A stretch of 64,000 bases of DNA, from contig CAVNZM010000005.1 of the NCBI GenBank assembly GCA_963693365.1, positions 11,493,728 to 11,557,727 of the forward strand, in the 5' to 3' direction. This DNA is from Amoebidium appalachense. Taxonomy: Eukaryota > Protista > Ichthyosporea. Under the pieces are notes generated by a model that made no database searches, was not told the DNA's origin, and was given only the letters and a program-made list of their open reading frames with translations. A program made the translations under genes and the position numbers. Every line of letters starts with the position of its first letter. The stretch's first letter is position 1. Shown here in pieces: positions 54,101 to 64,000 of the stretch.

Positions 54101-57100
54101 GCCGGCCTTGCGCCAGCCAGCAGGGATAGTGTTGGTGGTGACCGTCACAGTGTAGTTGCCAAACGGCAGGTCAATAGCCTTGTAGCGACCCTCGACATCG
54201 GTGGTGATGTTGGCCACCATCCGGCCCTGTGCGTCCGTCACAATGACAGACACACCGGCCAGAGGCTTCTCCGTGGTGTCCAGCTTGTCGTTGGCGTTGG
54301 CATCGGCCCACACCTGCCCAGCAATGGTGCCGAGGATGAGGTCGCAGGCCACGCCATAGCCAGCCTGGTAGCCATAGTTGCAGCCGCACGTGAAGCTGCC
54401 GGCCGTGTTGGTGCAGTTGGCATTCTTGTCGCAGTTGTGCGTCTTGAGGGTGCACTCATCAACATCATTGTAGCCAAAGTCGATGTCCGTGACTGTGGCA
54501 CCCGGTGCAAGAACCACCTTGCTGGTGCTGTCGAGGCCGCCATCCTTGTCGTACACGGCCTTGCGGAAACCGGCAGGGACCGTGTTGATGTCCACGGCCA
54601 CAGTGTAGGTGCCCATGAACAGCCCGTTGAATGTGTAGCGGCCCTGGGCATCCGTGGTGGTCCGGGTCACCTTGCCATCTGCACCGGTCAGGGTGACGGT
54701 GACATTGGCAAGCGTGTGCTCCCCAGCATCGACCACGCCATTGTTGTTGGCATCCACCCACACGGTGTCGCCAATGGAACCAAGAAGCTGGGTGCAGTTG
54801 ACGCCATTACCTGTGTAGCCAACATTGCAGGCGCACGTGAAGCTGCCGACAGTGTTGTTGCAGGTGGCCTCCTGGTCGCAGTTGTGCTGCAGCTGGTAGT
54901 CAGTGCACTCGTTGATGTCCAGCAGCGCAAAGTCAACATCCACCAGCCGCTCACCGGGCTTGAGGGCTGTGGTGGCCCTGCCGTCCCGTCCCCCGTCCTT
55001 GTCGTAGCCGGCCCGGCGCACACCAACGGGCACCGTGGCCAGATCGATGGTGACGGTGTAGTTGCCAAACGGCAGGCTGCTGAACAGGTACTTGCCCTGC
55101 GTGTCAGTCGTGGTGGTCTGGGTCTTGCCGGCAGAGTCGGTCAGGGTGACCTTCACACCGGCTTGGCCCTTCTCCTCCACATCAATCACACCATTGTTAT
55201 CCAAATCCACCCACACGGTGTCGCCAATGCTGCCAAGCAGCTGTGTGCAGTTGGTGCCTGCACCCTCGTAGCCCACCTGACACTGGCACATGAAGCTGCC
55301 AAGGGTGTTGCTGCAGGTGGCCTCAGCAGCGCAGTTGTGCAGCTTGTCTGTGCACTCGTTGATGTCCACAAAGCCAAAGTCAACCTCGGTGACGGTGGTG
55401 TTGACCACAACAGTCACAGACGTGACCGCATCGCGGCCGCCGTCCTTGTCGTAGCCGGGCTTGCGGATGCCAGCAGGCACGGTGTTCACCTCCACCTGGA
55501 CCTTGTAGGGCCCCGTGGGCACCTTGGTGAAGCTGTAGTAGCCCTTGTCGTCGGTGACGGCCTTGGCCACCACCGCACCAGCGGCGTCCAGAAGGGCCAC
55601 GGTGACACCCGACAGCACCTGCTCGGTGGCCTCGATGTCGTCGTTGGCGTTCGCGTCGAACCACAGCACACCCTCCACAGCCCCCAGCTGGCGGGTGCAG
55701 TCAACTCCTGTGCCCTCATAGCCAGCAATGCAGGCACACGTGAAGCTGCCCACGGTGTTGGTGCAGTTGGCATTGGCGTCGCAGTTGTGCTGCAGCTGGT
55801 AGTCCGTGCACTCGTTGATGTCGAGGAAAGCAAAGTCAACATCCGTAAGGCGCCCACCGGGCGGCAGGTCCACGGCCGTGCGGCTATCACGGCCACCATC
55901 GCGGTCATAGCCTGAGCGGCGCACACCAGCAGGCACAGTGCTGGTGTTGACGGTCACCTGGTAGCGGCCCAGTGGCAGGCCAGTAAACAGGTACTTGCCC
56001 TGGGCATCAGTTGTGGTGCGCTGCGTGCCACCATCCGGCAGGGTGAGAATCACGGTGACGCTAGCAAGGCCCTTCTCATCGGCATCCTGCACGCCGTTTT
56101 CGGTGGTTTCAACCCACACAGTGTCGCCGATGGAGCCCAGCAGTTGCGTGCAGTTGGTGCCCTGGCCATCGTAGCCCAGCTCGCACGAGCATGTGAAAGA
56201 ACCGGCCATGTTGGTGCAGTTTGCGTGAACATCGCAGTTGTGCACCTTTGTGGTGCACTCGTTGATGTCCAGCCAACCAAAGTCAACATCAACAACATTG
56301 TCGCCTGGGGGTAGTACAACAACCGTCCGGCCGTCCTTCCCACCGTCCTTGTCATAGCCGGCGGTGCGCCAACCGGCAGGGATAGTGTTGGTGGTAACTG
56401 TCACGGTGTAGTTGCCAAAAGGCAGGTCAATAGCCTGGTAGCGGCCCTGGGCATCGGTGGTGATGTTGGCCACCATCCGGCCCTGTGCGTCCGTCACAAT
56501 GACAGACACACCGGCCAGAGGCTTCTCCGTGGTGTCCAGCTTGTCGTTGGCGTTGGCATCGGCCCACACCTGCCCAGCAATGGTGCCGAGGATGAGGTCG
56601 CAGGCCACGCCATAGCCAGCCTGGTAGCCGTAGTTGCAGCCGCACGTGAAGCTGCCGGCCGTGTTGGTGCAGTTGGCATTCTTGTCGCAGTTGTGCGTCT
56701 TGAGGGTGCACTCATCAACGTCATTGTAGCCAAAGTCGATGTCCGTGACTGTGGCACCCGGTGCAAGAACCACCTTGCTGGTGCTGTCGAGGCCGCCATC
56801 CTTGTCGTACACGGCCTTGCGGAAACCGGCAGGGACCGTGTTGATGTCCACGGCCACAGTGTAGGTGCCCATGAACAGCCCGTTGAATGTGTAGCGGCCC
56901 TGGGCATCCGTGGTGGTCCGGGTCACCTTGCCATCTGCACCGGTCAGGGTGACGGTGACATTGGCAAGCGTGCGCTCCCCAGCATCGACCACCCCATTGT
57001 TGTTGGCATCCACCCACACGGTGTCGCCAATGGAACCAACCAGCTGGGTGCAGTTGACGCCATTACCGGTCCAACCGTCATTGCATGTGCACGTGAAGCT

Positions 57101-60100
57101 GCCGACAGTGTTGTTGCAGGTGGCCTCCTGGTCGCAGTTGTGCTGCAGCTGATAGTCAGTGCACTCGTTAATGTCCAGCAGCGCAAAGTCAACATCCACC
57201 AGCCGCTCACCGGGATTGAGGGCCGTGGTGGTCTTGCCGTCCCGTCCCCCGTCCTTGTCGTAGCCGGCCCGGCGCACACCAACAGGAACCGTTATAAGGT
57301 CAATGAAGATGGTGTACGTCCCATGAGGAAGGTTGGTGAAAAGGTATTTGCCTTGGGCATCAGTTGTGGCAGTCTGGGTCTTGCCTGTGGCATCCGCCAG
57401 GGTAACCTTGACACCCGCTTGACCCTTCTCATTAACGTCCTGGACACCACTGTTGTCGGCATCCACCCACACGGTGTCGCCAATGCTGCCAAGCAGCTGT
57501 GTGCAGTTGGTGCCCTCACCCTCATAGCCGAACGCGCACTGGCAGGTGAAGCTCCCAGCAGTGTTTGTGCAGTTGGCCGATACAGCGCAGTTGTGCAGCT
57601 TGTCTGTGCACTCGTTGATGTCCACAAAGCCAAAGTCAACCTCGGTGACGGTGGTGTTGACCACAACAGTCACAGCCGTGACCGCATCGCGGCCGCCGTC
57701 CTTGTCGTAGCCGGGCTTGCGGATGCCAGCAGGCACGGTGTTCACCTCCACCTGGACCTTGTAGGGCCCCGTGGGCACCTTGGTGAAGCTGTAGTAGCCC
57801 TTGTCGTCGGTCACGGCCTTAGCCACCACCGCACCAGCGGCGTCCAGAAGGGCCACGGTGACACCCGACAGCACCTGCTCGGTGGCCTCGATGTCGTCGT
57901 TGGCGTTCGCGTCGAACCACAGCACACCCTCCACAGCCCCCAGCTGGCGGGTGCAGTCAACTCCTGTGCCCTCATAGCCAGCAATGCAGGCACACGTGAA
58001 GCTGCCCACGGTGTTGGTGCAGTTGGCATTGGCGTCGCAGTTGTGCTGCAGCTGGTAGTCCGTGCACTCGTTGATGTCGAGGAAAGCAAAGTCAACATCC
58101 GTAAGGCGCCCACCGGGCGGCAGGTCCACGGCCGTGCGGCTATCACGGCCACCATCGCGGTCATAGCCCGAGCGGCGCACACCACCAGGCACAGTGCTGG
58201 TGTTGACGGTCACCTGGTAGCGGCCCATTGGCAGGCCAGTAAACAGGTACTTGCCCTGGGCATCAGTTGTGGTGCGCTGCGTGCCACCATCCGGCAGGGT
58301 GAGAATCACGGTGACGCCAGCAAGGCCCTTCTCATCGGCATCCTGCACGCCGTTTTCGGTGGTTTCAACCCACACAGTGTCGCCGATGGAGCCCAGCAGT
58401 TGCGTGCAGTTGGTGCCCTGGCCATCGTAGCCCAGCTCGCACGAGCATGTGAAAGAACCGGCCATGTTGGTGCAGTTTGCGTGAAGATCGCAGTTGTGCA
58501 CCTTTGTGGTGCACTCGTTGATGTCCAGCCAACCAAAGTCAACATCAACAACATTGTCGCCTGGGGGTAGTACAACAACCGTCCGGCCGTCCTTCCCACC
58601 GTCCTTGTCATAGCCGGCGGTGCGCCAACCGGCAGGGATAGTGTTGGTGGTAACTGTCACGGTGTAGTTGCCAAAAGGCAGGTCAATAGCCTGGTAGCGG
58701 CCCTGGGCATCGGTGGTGATGTTGGCCACCATCCGGCCCTGTGCGTCCGTCACAATGACAGACACACCGGCCAGAGGCTTCTCCGTGGTGTCCAGCTTGT
58801 CGTTGGTGTTGGCATCGGCCCACACCTGCCCAGATATGGTGCCGAGGATGAGGTCGCAGGCCACGCCATAGCCAGCCTGGTAGCCGTAGTTGCAGCCGCA
58901 CGTGAAGCTGCCGGCCGTGTTGGTGCAGTTTGCATTCTTGTCGCAGTTGTGCGTCTTGAGGGTGCACTCATCAACGTCATTGTAGCCAAAGTCGATGTCC
59001 GTGACTGTGGCACCCGGTGCAAGAACCACCTTGCTGGTGCTGTCGAGGCCGCCATCCTTGTCGTACACGGCCTTGCGGAAACCGGCAGGGACCGTGTTGA
59101 TGTCCACGGCCACAGTGTAGGTGCCCATGAACAGCCCGTTGAATGTGTAGCGGCCCTGGGCATCCGTGGTGGTCCGGGTCACCTTGCCATCTGCACCGGT
59201 CAGGGTGACGGTGACATTGGCAAGCGTGCGCTCCCCAGCATCGACCACCCCATTGTTATTGGCATCCACCCACACGGTGTCGCCAATGGAACCAAGAAGC
59301 TGGGTGCAGTTGACGCCATTACCTGTGTAGCCAACATTGCAGGCGCACGTGAAGCTGCCGACAGTGTTGTTGCAGGTGGCCTCCTGGTCGCAGTTGTGCT
59401 GCAGCTGGTAGTCAGTGCACTCGTTGATGTCCAGCAGCGCAAAGTCAACATCCACCAGCCGCTCACCGGGCTTGAGGGCTGTGGTGGCCTTGCCGTCCCG
59501 TCCCCCGTCCTTGTCGTAGCCTGCCCGGCGCACACCAACGGGCACCGTGGCCAGATCGATGGTGACGGTGTAGTTGCCAAACGGCAGGCTGCTGAACAGG
59601 TACTTGCCCTGCGCGTCAGTCGTGGTGGTCTGGGTCTTGCCGGCAGAGTCGGTCAGGGTGACCTTCACACCGGCTTGGCCCTTCTCCTCCACATCAATCA
59701 CACCATTGTTATCCAAATCCACCCACACGGTGTCGCCAATGCTGCCAAGCAGCTGTGTGCAGTTGGTGCCTGCACCCTCGTAGCCCACCTGACACTGGCA
59801 CGTGAAGCTGCCAAGGGTGTTGCTGCAGGTGGCCTCTGCAGCGCAGTTGTGCAGCTTGTCTGTGCACTCGTTGATGTCCACAAAGCCAAAGTCAACCTCG
59901 GTGACGGTGGTGTTGACCACAACAGTCACAGCCGTCACGGCATCGCGACCGCCGTCCTTGTCGTAGCCGGGCTTGCGGATGCCAGCAGGCACGGTGTTCA
60001 CCTCCACCTGGACCTTGTAGGGCCCCGTGGGCACCTTGGTGAAGCTGTAGTAGCCCTTGTCGTCGGTGACGGCCTTGGCCACCACGGCACCAGCAGTGTC

Positions 60101-62266
60101 CAGAAGGGCTACGGTGACACCCGAGAGCACCTGCTCGGTGGCCTCGATGTCGTCGTTGGCGTTCGCATCGAACCACAGCACACCCTCCACAGCCCCCAGC
60201 TGGCGGGTGCAGTCAACTCCTGTGCCCTCATAGCCAGCAATGCAGGCACACGTGAAGCTGCCCACGGTGTTGGTGCAGTTGGCATTGGCGTCGCAGTTGT
60301 GCTGCAGCTGGTAGTCCGTGCACTCGTTGATGTCCAGGAACGCAAAGTCCAAATCCGTCAGGCGGCTACCCGGCTGCAGGTCCGCAGCCGTGCGGCTGTC
60401 ACGGCCGCCATCCTTATCAAAGCCAGACCGCCGAACACCAACGGGAACGAGGGTGGTGTTGACGGTTACATTGTAGAGACCATAGGGAAGGTTGTCAAAC
60501 AGATACTTGCCCTGGGCATCGGTGGTGGTGGTTTGGATCTTGCCACTAGCATCCGTCAGAAGCACAGGGATGTTGGGAAGACCGCTCTCGCCTGTGTTCT
60601 GGATGCCGTCATTGTTGATGTCAATCCACAAGGTATCACCAATGGATCCGAGCAGCTGAGTACACTGTGTTCCGTTGCCCTGGTAGCCCAACGTACACTG
60701 GCAGGTAAAGCTGCCAGCAGTGTTTGTGCAGTTGGCCGCTGCGGCGCAGTTGTGCAGCTTGTCAGTGCACTCGTTGATGTCCACAAAGCCAAAGTCAACC
60801 TCGGTGACGGTGGTGTTGACCACAACAGTCACAGCCGTCACGGCATCGCGACCGCCGTCCTTGTCGTAGCTGGGCTTGCGGATGCCAGCAGGCACGGTGT
60901 TCACCTCCACCTGCACCTTGTAGGGCCCCGTGGGCACCTTGGTGAAGCTGTAGTAGCCCTTGTCGTCGGTCACGGCCTTAGCCACCACCACACCAGCGGC
61001 GTCCAGAAGGGCCACGGTGACACCCGACAGCACCTGCTCGGTGGCCTCGATGTCGTCGTTGGCGTTCACGTCGAACCACAGCACACCCTCCACAGCCCCC
61101 AGCTGGCGGGTGCAGTCAACCCCTGTGCCCTCATAGCCAGCAATGCAGGCACACGTGAAGCTGCCCACGGTGTTGGTGCAGTTGGCATTGGCGTCGCAGT
61201 TGTGCTGCAGCTGGTAGTCCGTGCACTCGTTGATATCTTGATATCCGAAATCGATGTCTGTGCGCACTGCACCTGGCGAGAGCGGAACACTGGCTGTGTT
61301 GTCGCGCCCACCATCCTTGTCATAAACAGGCCGACGGAAGCCTGCTGGGACGGTTTGGATATCAACAGTGACCACATAGGTGCCCTGGGCAAGGCCGCTG
61401 AAGTTGTACTGGCCAGTGGCGCTGGTAACTGCCGTACTCTTAGACCCATCAGGTTTTGTCAGGGTCACAGTAACATTAGCAAGGCTGGGCTCGCCGGCAT
61501 CTTGGACACCGTTGGTGTTTGTATCGACCCAAACAGTGTCGCCTATTGTGCCGAGCATCTGCGTGCAAGTGATGCCGTTGCCCGTGTAGCCATACTGGCA
61601 CGTGCACGAAAAGGAGCCAACGGTGTTGGTGCAGTTGGCATTTGCGTTGCAGTTGTGCTTCCCGTTGGTACACTCGTTCGCATCTTGGTAGCCAAAGTCT
61701 ACCTCGATCTCCTCTGCCCCGGCCCCAAGGCTGAAGCTGTACTTGTTGTCTTTTCCGCCATCCTTGTCGTACCCAGGGACATTGAAGCCCGGAGGCAGTG
61801 TAGAAACTGTGACGGTGACGGTGTAGTTACCCCGTGACACACCAGTGAACTGGAAGTTACCGTTTGCATCGGTAGTGGTTGTCTTGACCGTGCCGTCGGC
61901 TTTGGTCAGGGTGATGGTGACACCAACCCCACCCTTCTCTGTGCCGTCCTGCTGGTCGTTGGCATTGCTGTCGAACCACACGGTGCCACTGACGCCACCG
62001 AGAAGTTCACTGCATGAAACACCGTTGCCAGAGTAGCCATCAATACAGTAGCACGAAAAGCTGCCGTAGACGTTCTTGCACGTGGCTTTTGCATCACAGT
62101 TGTGGGTCTTGTTGCTGCACTCATCAATGTCTGTGGGTGATTTCTTGGTCAGCAATTGCACTTTTCCAGACAGCCCAGTCTGTTCGTGTCCCCACCCCTC
62201 CCCCCCTTCCCTCCCCCCCCCCCCCCCCCCCCCCCCTCTCCTCTCCCTCCCCCCCACCCAACCACC

Positions 62267-62354
<88 letters not shown>

Positions 62355-62983
62355 CAAACACCTCCCACCGACTACTTTTCCAGCCCTCCCAGCCATACCA
62401 AAAGAATCACACCCTCGGACAACAGTGAAGCTTCATGAATAGAAAACGTTTGGGCTCATCACTCATAACTGGCATGCGACTTTCTGTTTTCAGAAACTGC
62501 ACATCACAACTTGCACAGGAGGCGCAATTGCTATCTAAACTATACCAGAGGGTGCTGTGGCATGCCCTGCCCATTCGGTTTGCACACATGAAAAGCGTTT
62601 ACATGTATATAGAGCATGAGAGGACCCCCATTAATACGCATGCTGGCGAAACAAGCAGACAGACACAACCGTACAAGCGGACCCACACGCTAAAACAGAA
62701 ACTTGTGTTGCACATACATTGCATGCATATGGGGTGTCCCTGAAAAGCTCAAGTACTACTACACCCAACACCCTCCCCCTTTGACACACACATACCAAGG
62801 AGAGAAAACGAAAACACACTAGCGAATTTGCCCGCACACACACCGTTCCAGGTCCAGATCCCCCCCCCCCCCATCCCCTTCCCACCCACCCACCCACACC
62901 ACCCTGTACACCCAAATTCCCATCCCCATCACCTTTTGTGCTATGCAGATACTAGCTAACCCTAATTCGCTTCATACCAACAG

Positions 62984-63044
<61 letters not shown>

Positions 63045-63482
63045 ATCACTACCCTCTACACAAATACTCTCCCCTATACGTGCTATGCAGATGCCGGCTA
63101 ATCCTATTATGACACCTGCCGATCACACAATCTTAACGTCTCACACAACCATCAACACCCCCCCCCCCCCCCCCCCCCTCCCCCCCTTTTCCTTTCCCCA
63201 GTCCCCTCTCCCACACACACCACCAGCACTGCCTTCCTCCCCTTTCCCTGGTGCCTGCACAAACCCAGCCCCCTCCTTTGCCACCACAATCTTTGAAGTG
63301 CACGAAAATGGCATTCTGACATTCTGCCACCTGCCAATTTTTTTAGGCCCATTCCGTGCTCTTAACCAAAGATTTGTTACCCCCCCCCCCCCCCCCCCCC
63401 CTCCCCCCCGATTTGTTACTCTCCCTCCCCACCCCCTCCCCGCCCCTCTCTCTCTCCCCCTCCCCCCGCGCGCCTCTCTCTC

Positions 63483-63520
<38 letters not shown>

Positions 63521-63790
63521 AGGGAAACCACCAAGACTGTAGACAAGCAACACAAAGTCTCTCAGAATAACACACCGAGGAGTGCCTAAAACCGGGGTGG
63601 TTGGTAATTGGGCATTCCCATACAAATACATGAAAGAACATGAGCACATGCAGACACGGTGAAGAAGAATCATATTATCTTGCAAGGGCTTAAGAGGCAT
63701 TTCCTGGTGACTTACCCAAGCATTCATATTGCGACACCGTCTGGGGCCTGCAGGTGGTTCCAGTCTTGCATGGCTTGACCGAGCAGGGAT
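34472..63790 (-). CDS. Giant extracellular protein (more than 8,700 aa, 5'-partial): cbEGF / SdrD-B (Cna-B-like) repeats, SdrD-like tandem array, 2 EGF, Pro/Thr linker, 3 lectin-like repeats
   Basis: Phase-consistent GT-AG exons: 63790-63716 (DPCSVKPCKTGTTCRPQTVSQYECL), 62130-37093 (25,038 bp), 36676-36214, 35784-35444, 35067-34875 and 34592-34472 (ends FRPEGAQA-stop). The cbEGF consensus DINEC...C.NT.GSF.C.C..GY alternates with GSIGDTVWxDxNxNGxxDxxE...TTTDAQGKYxF modules. Many NxT sequons; no C-terminal TM helix seen. Confidence 0.92.
44450..61235 (-). repeat. Coding higher-order tandem repeat (basic unit ~450 bp; 5-unit cassette of 2,256 bp)
   Basis: Identical alternative-frame ORFs recur at offsets of 2256 (54437, 56693, 58949) and 4512 (55062, 59574), and the nucleotide copies are nearly identical. 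Confidence 0.92.
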
Positions 63791-64000
63791 CTGCAACAGG
63801 AGTATATCAGTACGTTGGCATACTAAACTGCAGTGCGGCTATGATTCGTGTCTGTTCTTGGGGGTCACAAAAGTGCACAAACATCAAAAAACAAGCATGC
63901 CTCATGGCTCAGAAGCCCGACATCACGTAAAAACATCCACAGTCTTTGTCATAATGAATAATCAATTGCAAGCATGCCTAGTACCCGATATGTGTGAGTA

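Noticed and set aside
44393-61837. Long plus-strand ORFs (805, 643, 625 and 962 aa) opposite the giant gene
   Set aside because: Antisense shadows caused by GC-rich codon bias and repetition of the real minus-strand CDS.
62131-62368. N-terminus (and C-terminus 36836-37092) of the 8510-aa ORF as annotated in the track
   Set aside because: These are intronic read-through into (GT)n and poly-G. Splice sites at 62130 and 37093 join in phase to neighbouring exons.

Overview
Eukaryotic genomic DNA from an intron-rich genome, probably a protist (taxon not determinable from sequence alone). Its introns are full of poly-G/poly-C tracts and (CA)n/(GT)n microsatellites, so most short ORFs in the track are low-complexity noise. 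Real content: (1) a multi-exon proteasome activator PA200/PSME4/Blm10 gene on the minus strand (ATG at 27663, running off the left edge), whose introns carry several co-oriented copies of an uncharacterised repeat family that starts precisely at poly-G tracts; (2) a 2.8-kb DNA transposon (30712-33543) with bipartite terminal inverted repeats and a putative AT target duplication, carrying two convergent genes, an EXO1/FEN1/XPG-family 5' nuclease with its catalytic motifs intact and an internally deleted THAP + ISL2EU/Harbinger-like transposase, all nested inside a second pair of inverted repeats; (3) a giant, probably secreted protein gene on the minus strand (more than 8,700 aa, 5' end beyond the right edge) with a single 25,038-bp exon encoding about 46 calcium-binding EGF domains alternating with bacterial-type SdrD-B/Cna-B domains, a run of SdrD-like domains without EGF, and three C-terminal lectin-like repeats. 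The best novelty candidates are the XPG/EXO1-carrying ISL2EU-like transposon, the EGF/SdrD chimeric giant protein and the homopolymer-associated structured repeat. All domain calls are by motif recognition, and no searches were run.
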